In this document: positions 49,309 through 64,000 of the stretch, piece by piece
Numbering within the stretch: the first letter of the stretch is position 1
How the letters are laid out: each line of letters opens with the position of its first letter
NCBI RefSeq assembly: GCF_009914755.1
Contig: NC_060931.1
DNA length: 64,000 nt
DNA from: the human T2T-CHM13v2.0 reference genome, Homo sapiens
Reading direction: 5' to 3' (one strand)
Made by a program: the position numbers and the translations under genes
Notes under the pieces: generated by a model
Database searches by the model: none
The model's input: only the letters and a program-made list of their open reading frames with translations
What the model was told of the DNA's origin: nothing

Positions 49309-49810
49309 CAGTGGGTTCGATCTTGCCTGCACAGAGAATCACCTGGGCAGTTATTAAAAATCCCCCAGCCCCAGGCTGCACTCCAGACCAGTTGAATTAG
49401 TCTCTGGGGTGGGACCCAGGTGTCTGTGTTTCTTTTCTTTTCTTTTTTTTTTTTTGAGATGGAGTTTCACTCTTGTTGCCTAGGCTGGAGTAAAATGGCA
49501 CGATCCCAGCTCACTGCTCACTGCAACCTCTGCCTCCTAGGTTCAAGCGATTCTCCTGCCTCAGTCTCCCAAGTAGCTGGGATTACAGGCTCATTGCCAC
49601 CATGCCTGGCTAATTTTTGTATTTTTAGTAGAGACAGGGTTTCGTCATGTTGGCCAGGCTGGTCTTGAACTCCTGACCTCAGGAGATCCACCCTCCTCAG
49701 CCTCCCAAAGTGCTGGGATTACAGGTGTCAGCCAGCGCACCCAGCTTATCTGTGTTTCTTAAAGCTCTCCAAGTGGGCAGTTCCTGTGTGCAGCCAAGGT
49801 TGAGAACAGG
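49309..49810. mobile_element. MER5A-like element split by an Alu
   Basis: AGAATCACCTGGG...TCTCTGGGGTGGGACCCAGG...CAGCCAAGGTTGAGAAC. Confidence 0.6.
49431..49746 (-). mobile_element. Alu (Sq-like)
   Basis: TSD T(G/A)TCTGTGTTTCTT. Confidence 0.93.
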
Positions 49811-49927
49811 GGCTTCAGCATGGATGAAAACATCACCTGGGGCTTGTTTCCTGGCCTCATGACCAAAGAGTCTCACTCAGTGGTCTGCAGTGGAGGCTGG
49901 GGATACCACTTAAAAATAAGTTTTGCA

Positions 49928-50281
<354 letters not shown>

Positions 50282-50351
50282 TTATTCCCTATAGATCTTC
50301 TAGATTTGAACAGAAAGGGATGTTTTGATCAATCCAATTAAAACATTTATT

Positions 50352-50638
50352 AGGCCAGGCATGGTGGCTCATGATGGTAATCCCAGGGTTTTGGAAGCCT
50401 GAGGTGGGAGGATCGCTTGAGGGGAGGAGTTGGCGACCAGCCCGAGAAACATAGCAAGACTCTGTCTCTATGATTTTTTAATTTTTTTTTAAATCAGCCA
50501 GCTGTGGTGTTGTGTACCTGTTGTCTCAACTGGGAGGCTGAGGTGGAAGGATCACATAAGCCTAATAGTTTAAATGAAACCAGCCTGGGCGATATAGCCA
50601 GAGCGTGTCTCTCCAAAAAAAAAAAAAAAAAAAAAAAA
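50352..50638 (+). mobile_element. AluJ/FLAM-like
   Basis: Diverged Alu with poly(A). Confidence 0.85.
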
Positions 50639-50642
50639 TTAA

Positions 50643-51178
<536 letters not shown>

Positions 51179-51474
51179 CACAATTTACTTTTAAGGAGCA
51201 AGGCAGGTACACATCAGGACAGCTGGTAACGAGAGTCACCCCTGGAGGCAAACCTAGTATTGAACAGATAAAAAGGCACTGGGTTGAGAGAACTCCTGGG
51301 TCATCATCACACCCCTAATATTAATGAGTTATGCATGCGATCCTAGGAAAATGATCCCCCTTTCCTTGTCCTCATCTTTTTCTGCAAATTGCAAGGCTTG
51401 GAAGACCTGACTTCTAAGGCCTCATCTTGTCTGACACTTTGGGATTCTGAAGCTGGCCACCATGTCTTCTCGAG

Positions 51475-52746
51475 TGTGAACCCCGAAAAACTGAGACAGG
51501 TCTCAGCTAATTTAGAAAGTTTATTTTGCCAAAGTTGAGGACGCACTCCTGTGACACAGCCTCAGGAGGTCCTGATGACATGTGGCCAAGGTGGTCAGAG
51601 CACAGTTTGGTTTTATACATTCTGGGGAAACATGAGACAGCAGTCAACATATGCAAGATGAACATTGGTTTGGTCTGGAAAAGCAGGACAACTAGAAGCA
51701 AAGGCGGGAGGCTCGAAGCAGGGAGGGGGCTTCCAGGTCATGGGTAGATAAGAAACAAATGGTTGCATTCTTTTGAGTTTCTTTCTTTCTTTCTTTTTTC
51801 TTTAATCTTTCAAGCTTTTATTTAAATGCCATGATCCAGGATGGATTTTTAGATCTTGTTGAAAGCAGCCACATCCATGGACTGCACATAGTCCTCAAAA
51901 GCAGTGATCTGCTCCTCCAGCATATCTGTTCCAACTTTATCATCTTCAACTACACACTGTATTTGAAGTTTCTTAATTCCGTATCCCACTGGAACTAGTT
52001 TAGATGAGCCCCAGACTAAGCCGTCTGCTTGAATGCTTCTGACACACTCCTCTAATTTCGCCATATCTGTCTCATCATCCCAAGGTTTCACATCTAGTAA
52101 GATGGAAGACTTGGCAACAAGTGCAGGTTTTTTGGCTTTCTTTGATTCATATTGTGCAAGATGTTCTTCCCTTAGCCTCTTTGCTTCTTCACTTTCCTCC
52201 TCATAATCGGATCCAAAGAGATCAATGTCATCATCATCTTTACTGTCTGTAGCTCCACTTCCTGTAGTGTCTTCCACATCGGCAGGACCATACTTGCTCA
52301 AAGCTTTCTTCACTCCTGGCAGGCCGGCCTTTTCCTTTTCGTAAGACTTGATGTGATTATACCAACGTAGGGCATGACACAAGTCGGCAGGTGGTGGGCC
52401 GGACACGGCTTCAAATACTGCCACATCTGCTTGTGATGGCACATACCCCTTGATGTAGCTCTTGTCCGCCAGGTAATCGTTGAGCACCTGGAGGCCGGTG
52501 GGGCTTTTCAGGTCTCTGAAACCCATGGTGTCGGCTGTATCCGAGAGCTGGGGAGCAGCAGAAAGAGCTCTTTTGAGTTTCTGATTAGCCTCTCCAAAGG
52601 ACGCAGGCACATATGCATTCATCTCAGTGAGCAGAGGGGTGACTTTGAATAGAATGGCAGGCAGGTTGGCCCTAAGCAGTTTCCAGCTTGACTTGTCCCT
52701 TTAGCTTAGTGATTAGGGGGCCCCAAGATTTATTTTTCCTTTCATA
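51475..52746 (-). mobile_element. MER4A/MER4A1-type ERV1 solo LTR, split by the EEF1B2 retrocopy
   Basis: Both halves match recalled MER4A1 (GAAAGGAAAAATAAATCTTGGGG...GCTAATCAGAAACTCAAAAGAATGCAACC...GGGGTTCACA). 4-bp TSD CGAG/TGAG at 51471-51474 and 52747-52750. TATAAAA at 51611-51617 and AATAAA at 51520-51525 on the minus strand. Confidence 0.85.
51783..52568 (-). pseudogene. EEF1B2P6: Processed retrocopy of eukaryotic elongation factor 1-beta (EEF1B2); intronless, with uninterrupted 225-codon ORF at 51849-52526
   Basis: Translation [19 protein letters not shown]...[16 protein letters not shown]...MDVAAFNKI is eEF1B-beta. No introns. AATAAA at 51817-51822 (minus), decayed poly(A) at 51783-51803, 14-bp TSD TCTTTTGAGTTTCT at 51769-51782 and 52569-52582. 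Parent gene is certain; the P6 number is from recall only. Confidence 0.95.
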
Positions 52747-52994
52747 TGAGAGAGCAAGTATGTAGGGCTCTGGGCAAGCAATCCCCATGCTGTGGACAAA
52801 CTACTTGTATTTTACAAATAAGTGGCAATGCTTTGGCTAAGAAGAGAACACATTCGCTTGGGGAGAGAGAGGTAAAGTCACAGGGTCCCATGTGGAGAAT
52901 GATGAGGGGGAGAACCTAGGGATTCCAGAATTGAGTTGACAGCAGCATTTGTTGCAGGTAGGAGAGGGAGAGAATGGGGGCTTGCTACACACAC

Positions 52995-53396
52995 ATTAGT
53001 CTGCTAAGGCTGCCATAATACAGTGCCACAAGCTGGGTGGCTTAACAAAAAGAAACTTATTTGGAGGCTTTCTAGGTCTGAGGTCAAGGTGTAGGTAGAG
53101 CCACGCTCCCTCTGAAGGCACCAGGGAGAGATCTGTTTCAGATCTTCCTCCTAGCGTCTGCTAGTTCTTGGTTTGTGGAAGGATAACTCCAAATTTTGCA
53201 TGTTCTCCCTTTGTTTAAATTTCTCCTTTTTATAAGTCATATTGGATTAGGGGCCCACTCTACTCTAGTATGACTCATCTCGTCTAGTTCCATTTGCAAT
53301 GACCTGCCTTCCAAATAAGGCTACATTCTGAAGTACTGGGGGTTAGAACTTCAACACATACATTTTGGGGGAAAATAAATAACTCAACCTGTAACA
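52995..53396 (-). mobile_element. MaLR LTR (MLT1B/C-like)
   Basis: ATTAGTCTGCTAAGGCTGCCATAA...CTGGGTGGCTTAA...GGGCCCACTCTACTC...CAACCTGTAACA resembles an MLT1 LTR in reverse. Confidence 0.75.
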
Positions 53397-53596
53397 GTGG
53401 CGATGCACTACAGCTGCCGCTAAACAGGGCTCAATTTCTAAAGAAGGTTCAGAGATTCACAATGGCGGTGCATCCAAATATGCAATTTATTACTGGAGCA
53501 GAATATAGTATAGCTGCAATATCAAAGTAGGAGTGTCATCACAGCCAAAGGCTATGCCTCCCAGCAGGGGGTCTGGAGAGGCCAAGTCCAAGGTAT

Positions 53597-53886
53597 TTTT
53601 TTTTTGTTTTTTTTTTTTGAGGCAGGATCTCGCTTTGCTGCCCAGGTTGGGGTGCAGTGGCACGGACACAGCTCACTGCAACCTCGATGTAATTCTCCTC
53701 TCAGCCTCTTAGGTAGCTGGGATCACAGTTATGCACCACCATGCCTGGCTAATTTTTGTATTTTTTTGTAGAGACAGGATTTTGCCATGTTGCCCAGGCT
53801 GGTCTCAAATTCCAGGGCTCAAGCTATCTTCCCACCTCGGCCTCCCAAAGTGCTGGGACTGCAGGTGTGAACCACCACACTGGGCC
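53597..53886 (-). mobile_element. AluJ-like
   Basis: Reverse Alu. Confidence 0.9.
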
Positions 53887-54135
53887 TTTGTGGTGGTTAT
53901 TTACATATTAAATGTCACTTTATAGTTCAGAGGTCTCTTGAGGAATCGGCGTGCTGTGTTGTGTGTGTGTGTGTATGTGTGACTTAAGAGCAAAATTTTA
54001 GTTGTGGGGGCCCGGAGTTCTGGAATTTTTGCATTGGTTACACTTTTTGTTATGTGTGAAGCTGAGACCTTGCATGGTTAAGAAGTCGAAAAGACTACCA
54101 AATGAGGACTGGGTCCCAGCTGGGTCCTTTATTAA

Positions 54136-54487
<352 letters not shown>

Positions 54488-54917
54488 TGCCTCAATTTCT
54501 TCTGTACAAGAAGAGATCATATTGCCTACTTTCCAGAAGTAAATGCAACAGTGTATGTGAAAGTCCTTTTTGACCTACGAAGTTCTGTGTAAGGGCAGGG
54601 TACTAGTCCTGCTGTAATTCTTCAGCCTTAACATTGTTTCCATGGGAAAGCTCAATCTGCTTTATGACAATTGGATTTATAACGTAGTTTCCAGGAATGC
54701 ATTTGTCTCAAAGCAGTCTTTGGCCAAGAGCAACATAACCTGACCTAAGGATAAAATGCACTGTGGCAAAAGGCAGGAACTGCCCATGCAGGTTTTAACA
54801 ACAAATGAAAAAGAAAAACTTTTACAAGCCATAATACTCATCTTGCCTCACCTTGTCCATCTATAGTTAAGTCCTTATATTAGTTAGGGTTCTCCAGAGA
54901 AACAGAAAAAAAGAGGG

Positions 54918-55289
54918 TGTATTCTCATGCTGCTATAAAGAACTACCTGAGACTGGATAATTTATTTAAAAAGAAGTTTAATTGATTACAGTCCCAAAGG
55001 CTTAACAGGAAGCATGGCTAGGAGGCCTCAGGAAACTTACAATCATGGCGGAAGTCAAAGGGGAAGCAAGCACATCTTTACCATGGCAGAGCAGGAGACA
55101 GAGAGGTGGGGGAAAGTGCTACACTTTTAAACCATCAGATCTCATGAGCACTCACTCACTATCATGAGAACATCATGGGAAAAATCCACCCCCATGATCC
55201 AATCACCTCCCACCACGTCCCTCCCCTGACATGTGGGGATTACAATTGGAGAAGAGATTTGGGTGGCGACACAGAGCCAAACCATATCA
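54918..55289 (-). mobile_element. MSTA-like MaLR solo LTR
   Basis: TGTATT...GCTGCTATAAAGAACTACCTGAGACTGG...GGAAACTTACAATCATGGCGGAAG...CCAAACCATATCA. 5-bp TSD GAGGG at 54913-54917 and 55290-55294. Confidence 0.88.
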
Positions 55290-55416
55290 GAGGGTCTCTC
55301 TCTCTTAAGGATTTGACTCAGGCAATTGTGGAAACTGGTAAATTCAAAATCTTTGGGATAGACCAGCAGGCTGCTGACCCAGGGAGGAGCTGCAGTTTGA
55401 ATCCTAAGGCAGCCTG

Positions 55417-55838
55417 AATGACACCTTTGTCCATGTCACTGATCTTTCTGGCAGGGAACCACCTGCCATGTGGCCGGTGGGATGAAGGAGCAGGCTGACC
55501 AAGATGAATCCTCCCCATGTACTGCCATGTTGACTGCTCAGGATGTGGTCCAGAGGTGCAAGGAGCTGGGCATCACTGCCCTACACATCAAGCTCCTGGC
55601 CACAGGAGGAAATAGGACCAAGACCCCTGGACCTGGGGTGCGGTTGGTCCCCCGAGCCCTTGCCTGCTCAGGTATGAAGAGCCGGTAGATTGAGGACATC
55701 ACCCCCAGCTCCTCCAACAGTATCTTCAGGGAGGAGGGTTGCTGTGGTCACTGTCTGTGAACAGGACTCCTCAAATTGTTTGCTGTTCATAAATTGCCTT
55801 TGTGTAAACTAAAAACCAAACAAAACCAAACAAACAAA
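55417..55838 (+). pseudogene. RPS14P10: 5'-truncated processed pseudogene of ribosomal protein S14 (uS11)
   Basis: [12 protein letters not shown] (55417 onward), frameshift near 55455, then [47 protein letters not shown]. Premature TAG at 55686-55688, native TGA at 55758-55760, short 3'UTR, A-rich tail 55811-55838. The P10 number is from recall only. Confidence 0.92.
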
Positions 55839-56539
55839 GCCAGTCTTTTGGCAGAATTCCCTCTTGGTCGGGGTAGGTCAGTCTTCGCTCTACTCAGGCC
55901 TTCAAACTGATTGGCTGTCTTGCCCATTGTTGCAGAGGGTAATCCACTGTACTCAGCGCCTACTGATTTAGACGTTTGTCTCATCTAGAAAATATATCCA
56001 CAGAAACATCTAGAATAATATGTTTCATGAAATATCTGGGTGCAATGGCCCAGCCAAGTTGACACATAAAATTCACCATCCCGGCCACCGTCTGTGTCCC
56101 TCTCTAATGCCCTTCTTGTCATCTCCTCCTCCCCAGGGGCATAGCAACCATCCTGATGTTGCAGTATTTCCTTCTTGCTCATGTTTCTATGATTACTACA
56201 CAGGTTTGTATATCAGTATGGCAGGTAAAGTGGAAGTTTCAGCTGAGGCACCCAGACAACAGATGAGATGTGAGGTCCCATTGGAGGATTTATGAAGGAA
56301 GACCAGCTGAAGAATCCTTAACCCTCATCCACCATGAGAGTATAAATGAGTCAGAGATTCGAGATTTGAGGAGGATTTATGGCATCAGCTCCTGTTAGTG
56401 AGCTCCAAGGTGCATGCTCTCCGAAGGGGAGAGGTCAGAGGGGTCTGCCTCCCACCTCAAGCCTGGATGAGCATCCCCTGCACTTTAGGCTGTTCAGGGG
56501 ATTAGTGCCGGACTCTCACTTGAGAAATCTAAAGGGTGG

Positions 56540-57196
<657 letters not shown>

Positions 57197-57958
57197 ATTA
57201 ATGCAGGTGGTCACTGGCTGACCAGGTACTTTAAAGATGGAACTAAGGTAGGTGGCTTCACTGGGGGGCTCCCTGTACTCCCATAGTTTGCTGTAGTGAA
57301 GAACATGAGATCAGTTGTGCCTGAAGTGCAAGAGAACTGCATAGGATCTTCTAGAGCCCACAGAGAAGATGGCCTGGGGAGAGGGATAAAGAGACTTCTG
57401 CAGATAGAAGCTGGGGACATTCCCGATTCTCAGGGCTGTGGAGGGAGTCAGTGACCAGCTGGATAAGACATGCACTGGCCATTATCAGGAGACTGGGAGC
57501 TCTAAAGATCCCTGAAGACCCTGAAAACTCATGGCAGCATCCATGAGAGTCACCTTTAACCATTTCCTAGGCTACAGAGGATGATGCCTGTATTGGTCAA
57601 GCGAGAACTTCCTGCCCCTTTTCCTTCCTCTCCCTTCTCTGACCTGGAAGGGTCAGAAACTAGGGTTGGCAAGGTGGGGGAGGAGTCAGCCTCTTTCTTC
57701 ACTGGATGGCTCCTCTGTAGCTGGCCTGAGCTGCATGTTTTGTAAGCATTCCCTCCCCTCCTGTGGCAGAGTGCGCTTCCCCACCCCATTCATATTGGGC
57801 TTGGCCACGTGACTTGCCAGAGGGCTGTGGGCTGTTGTCACATGAATAGAGGCTTGCGATGCCCTTGCACTGGAGACTTTCCTCTTGTGCTTCTGCCACC
57901 ATCAAGAGAACATTTCCCAGGTAGACCAGGGTTCCTAAAGAATAAGACACCTGGAGCT

Positions 57959-58255
57959 TCTTCTTTTTTTTTTTGGAGATGAAGTTTCGCTCTTGTTGCC
58001 CAGGCTGGAGTGCAGTGGTGCATCCCAGGTCATTGCAACCTCCACCTCCTGGGTTCAAGCAATTCTCCTGCCTCAGCCTCTGAGTAGCTTGGATTACAGG
58101 CATCCGCCACCACATCAGGCTAATTTTGTATTTTTAGTAGAGACGGGGTTTCTCCATGTTGTTCAGGCTGGTCTCAAATTCCTGACCTCAGGTGATCCGC
58201 CTGCCTCGGCCTCCCAAAGTGCTAGGATTACAGGTGTGAGCCATCATGCCTGGCC
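57959..58255 (-). mobile_element. Alu (Sp-like)
   Basis: TSD ACACCTGGAGC. Confidence 0.93.
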
Positions 58256-58659
58256 AACACCTGGAGCCTCTTCTAATGGAGCTCATGCTTAGTGCTGAGC
58301 CAGCCCATGTCAGTGCAGCCACTCCACTGACCCTCAGACTTGCCAGCTAGAAATGGAAGCTTATTTCTGTGGGTCATTGAGCTTTGGGCTGGTTGATTAT
58401 GTAGCATAATTATGACAATAATTGACTGATAAAAGGAGTAATCAAAGTAAAAAGTTATGATGATTACACTAAGACATTATTTATTAACTGGAGGACATTG
58501 TTTATTGGATAGAACTGCCTAAATTTCTCTGGGGTGAAGGAAGAACATGCCTTAACTAATTAAATTTAAAGGAACATCAATAGAGAACAATAAAGTTGCT
58601 TTATGATTATATCCATGAGCCCTTCTTGTTCAATTCAACAGTTACATGTACTTCTATGA

Positions 58660-59288
<629 letters not shown>

Positions 59289-59507
59289 TGAATGGCAATC
59301 ATTTGTGCTGTTTACCATGCGCCAAATTTCCATTTTTCCTCTTGCTGTACACAAGACAGAATTGTACTTCCTGTCCCTTTGATGTTAGACCTAGCTAAGT
59401 GACATCTTTGGCCAATGAGATATAAGTGCGGGTGGTAAATGTCACTCACAGGTGGAAGCTGTTAGGATCTAATATGCGATTCTCCCTTTCCTTCCTACTG
59501 CCACAAT

Positions 59508-59700
59508 CCCAGACTTAAGCGATCCTCCTATCCCAGCCTCCCAAGTAGCTGAGACCACAGGTGTGCACCACTATGCCTGACTAATTTTTTTTTTTTTATT
59601 ATTTCTTGTAGACCCAGGGTCTCCCTATGTTGCCAAGGCTGGTCTCGAACTCCTAGGCTCAAGCAATACTCCTGCCTTGGCCTCCCAAAGTGCTGGGATT
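59508..59700 (-). mobile_element. Partial AluJ
   Basis: Reverse Alu, truncated. Confidence 0.85.
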
Positions 59701-60048
59701 AACTCCTCTGGCTGGCGAGGCTGTATCCTCCTCCTTCTGGTGGGTAGAACAGCATGGAGCTCTGCTTCTAGCTAACCCATGATGGATATGTAGCATGAGG
59801 AAGAAATCTACCTTGATTTTAGCTCCTGAGATTTAGTTTATCTTGTTCAGTCAGCATAACCTTCCATTCTGTCTGAAACATAAATCAGTATCTGCAGAGC
59901 AGCACTCCTTCAGCAAAACACTTGTTCATGGTGCTGGCTTAGGTGCTGCATGATGTGCAGTGAGAAAACACACAGAAGGGTGGAGAAATGGTCACCCACA
60001 TTATGCAGCAGAGAAACATTATGTACAACAGCACTTGTAGGAATTTGA

Positions 60049-60402
<354 letters not shown>

Positions 60403-62314
60403 TATTCAGCAGAATGTTCTGTGTTACTTACTCTTGACAACGCTTGGCAAGGTATTACAAGAAAGAGATGAGTTCAGGAAAGAGTTGGCCAATGTAAACC
60501 CCTTTTAGGGCTGGAAAAAGCAAATGCTTCTTATCTCCAAACAGTCAAAGATAAAATTGAGACAGACAAAGAATGATGAAAATTCAGTTTTGTAAGCAAG
60601 GATTAAATCACAGCCATGGATGTTACACCCATTTAAAAAATCTCTGGATGTATTAAGGCATCTTTTAGTAATGTTCCCTGTTCTAGCAATTAGACAAAAT
60701 GTAACAGGGAAAAAGATTAACGGTGTGGACCAAAATACCTTCAATTAAATCTAGAGTGGCATGGGAGAAAGAAAGTAAAGAAATACAGTTAACAGGAGAT
60801 TTATTTATAAAGGAAGCTTGACCCCTGGCATTGCCTGGAATCAAATGATAAGAAACTGAGAGTTTTGAGAAAATTACACATGCTGCCAAAGAACCATTGG
60901 CCTCATCTAGACTTCATTTGAATCTTAAAACAACTTTCAACTTTTGGGTCCTCCGGAAAATGTGCTTAGGAGGATGCTCTGCCCATAAGGAAGGCATATC
61001 TTCTGGGTTTCCCTGCAATTTTGGCCAAAGATGGTGGAAAAGGGATATCTCTTGAAGGGTAAGCTCAGGCCTGCAGAGAATGTTCCAGGAGATGGAGTCA
61101 AGACCTAATCAAGAATACACTTTATCCCTGGGGAAGAATGCTCTGAGATTTCAGAATTGCTGTAACCCATTATTCTCTTTTCTGAATGGGAGTGTTTACT
61201 GCCATTTTTTTGTCCCATATTTCAGTATTAAATATTGGTACATTGGCAAAGCAGCTTATCTTTTTAGTCTTCTAATAAAGAGATATTGACCCAAGATCTA
61301 GAGATAACTACTCGTCACTTTGATGTAAAAATTACTGTGAAAATTTGATATCTTGGGGTTTGAGCTTGATGCTATGTTGGTATGGAGCCTTTGAGTTATC
61401 TCCTTTGAGAAAGGAAGAGTATATTTGCATCCAGGAATAAGAGTAGACCAAATATTGGGTTTTGAATAAGGTTAGACTGTGTGAGTCATTATTGCTCTTC
61501 ACCAGTATTTCTGATTCTCTTCTTACCTATTGTGCTAGATGGGTTGCTCAGGTCTGACATTGGTCATGCAAAGGGTTGAATGAATTCTACAATGTCACAA
61601 GACATGCATAAAGAAATAGGTGCTACTTTATGAAAGGACAAAATCACAAGACCAGGGCTAGCAAGGCTTGATGCATGCAGTCTTTCTCGGTGATGCCAGG
61701 GCCAGACCACCTGCCCTCAGGGCTGGGGGTTCATTCCAGTGGAAAGCTTCTTCTACACTGTAGTGTCCCTTTCTGTAGGGAAAGTATAAGAGTGTGGCTT
61801 TATTAGGGGAAAGACAAAAGATGCTTGGTGCTAGGCCATCTGGATTTGGGGTGCTGGGCTTATCAGATTTGTCTAAGGACCTTGAGCCTTGTGGGATGTT
61901 ACAGTCATCTCTGATGGGGGAGGAAGAAGATACCAGTGCAGGAAGATGAGCTGGACACTGCCTCACTAGCTGGGAAGAGGGAAAATCTCCCCAGTACTAA
62001 CCAGCTTGCTGTCTGGGAAACCCATGGTGAGTGCCTTGGGTTGCATTTCTCCATGCCCTTGAAAATAGAAGCATCCGTATGACTTACTTTGGCCAATGAA
62101 TGTGAGCATTTGAAGCCTCCCAGAGCCTGTATGCAACTTGCCCTTTTCTTCTCCCTACTATGGTCACCGTTGAAGTTGCAGAAAATGAGCCTCCATCAGC
62201 CTGTGTCCCCGCGTGAGGACAGTGTGAAACAGACACTCCAGCTGAGCTGTGAGAGACGAGCAGCATGAGGCAGAAATAAACCTTCGTTGTCTTACACTGT
62301 TGATTATTTGTGAG

Positions 62315-62627
<313 letters not shown>

Positions 62628-64000
62628 TGTGAGTTGTTTTTAACTGCAGTATCACTGTCCTAGTCTACCCTGACCAATACAAACGAATCTTCTGAGTGAT
62701 GGGATGTGCACATCCTTGGCTTTCCTAGATATTGCCAAATTGTCTTCCAGAGTAATTGCTTCAGCCAGTGCTATTCCTTACAGGAGAGAGAACTCAGAGC
62801 TTTTCTTTTCTTAAACTCCTACCCCGCAATGGTCATCACTGGATTCCAGTTGGCCTTTGAGTTGCTACTTGTTATCCTGGGTCTCAGGCAAGAATGGGAT
62901 AGACCTGTCAAGGAGGGAAGAAGAGTGAGAATCTAGGCAGATAGGATGAAGACTGAAAACCTGGCAGGTCAGAAATCAGAGAGGTCAGCTGAGACAGGGA
63001 GAAATGAGTGTCCAAGGTCTGGTCAAAGAGGTCCGAGGCCAGGTCAGCTGAGAGCTGCCTGGAATGCACACTTGGAGCCTGGAGAACAAAAGACGCATCA
63101 GGGGCTCAGACTAAGGGCTTGGGCAAACAGGTGTCAGGATTCAGGCAATGGTTTTGGTACAAGGTAAGGGGATCCCCAGCAGGGATGGAGCAGAGGCTAA
63201 GTCAACCAACTTCTGGGCCAGGAGCTTCTTGCTTGGCTGGCGTAGGTCTTGGCACCTGGGTAGATCAGTTCGCAGAAAGACACAGACAGACATGCCTGGG
63301 TGGAAAAAAGGGTTTGAGGGGAAGAGAAGACAGGGGATCTCTGAAACTCCAAGACTCTGGAGTCCTAGAATGAAATGAGGTAAATGAGGTAAGATTTTTT
63401 CAGTCCTGTTGCTCTTCCTTCTTTTTGACCTGTCTGGTCCCATCCTCATGTGGGTCTTCAGGGTTTTCCCTTGGTACATAACTTTTCTCTGCAATCACCA
63501 TTTTTTATTCTTCGTATCTTCACTGGTATCTGGCCCAGGGTGAAGAAAGGAAGTAACATTTATCAGGCACCTACCACATGCAGACACAGAACTGGGTACT
63601 TTTAATGCACTATCTCTTTTAATCCTCCCAGTAACTCCTTGGGGTAGCAGTTATTATGCTGTTTTATAGATAAGGAACCTGGAGTTTGGAGAGCTGAGTA
63701 ATTTACATGAAGTCACATGAACAGAAAGTGGCAGCCTGGACTGAGAGACAGTCCAAGTCTATCGGACACCAGAGGCCATGCTCCTAACCACAGTGCCACA
63801 TCTGCTCTTCTTAATGGAATGACCGTCCTTCATTTCCATGTCATTGCTCTTTAAATTTAATTTTGGGCTAATTGACCTAAGGGTTCAGTGGAGTCTCCTC
63901 TGCTGTCCCCAGATCATTTGTGTAGGATGGGGCAGTTCACATTCACCTCCTTCCTCAGGCTGGAAGTTTCACCCTCACTGACACCAGGGTCCCCAAGGAA

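Larger units (their letters stand above)
54878..56080 (-). mobile_element. MLT2 (ERVL) LTR, interrupted by an MSTA LTR and the RPS14 retrocopy
   Basis: TATTAGTTAGGGTTCTCCAGAGAAACAGAA at the left end and GCCCAGCCAAGTTGACACATAAAATTCACCATC at the right end are the typical MLT2 termini in reverse. Confidence 0.8.

Noticed and set aside
53557-53576. CTCF-like CCAGCAGGGGGTC
   Set aside because: Mismatch at the conserved GGC end; weaker than the 44759 site.
55470-55688. 72-aa RPS14-like ORF as a coding gene
   Set aside because: 5'-truncated, frameshifted, premature stop, many CpG-type changes at conserved residues.

Overview
Primate (human-like) non-coding genomic DNA with no supportable multi-exon protein-coding gene, rRNA, tRNA or CRISPR array. 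About 58 Alu elements or fragments cover roughly a quarter of the window, together with MIR/L2/L1M relics, hAT and Tc2 DNA-transposon fossils and several ERV1/ERVL/MaLR LTRs. Almost all ORF-track entries are artefacts of these repeats. There are two processed pseudogenes. One is a full-length EEF1B2 retrocopy (51849-52526, minus; ORF still intact, 225 aa) inside a MER4A-type solo LTR with a 14-bp target-site duplication (TSD). The other is a decayed, 5'-truncated RPS14 retrocopy (55417-55838, plus) inside an MLT2 LTR. From memory, and unverified, this pair fits EEF1B2P6/RPS14P10 at 7q32.3 upstream of PODXL. The best lead is a possible LTR-driven retrogene: a co-oriented MSTA LTR 2.5 kb upstream carries a DUX4-like motif, a Kozak ATG and a GTAAGT donor, and splicing to the acceptor-like 5' end of the EEF1B2 copy would join in frame. 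This is a hypothesis with no expression evidence. Other leads are a 217-bp non-retrotransposed local duplication, three Alus sharing a private deletion, a palindromic CTCF site, and an octamer plus double TCF/LEF element. Repeat subfamily names and boundaries were assigned by eye from recalled consensus sequences and are approximate.
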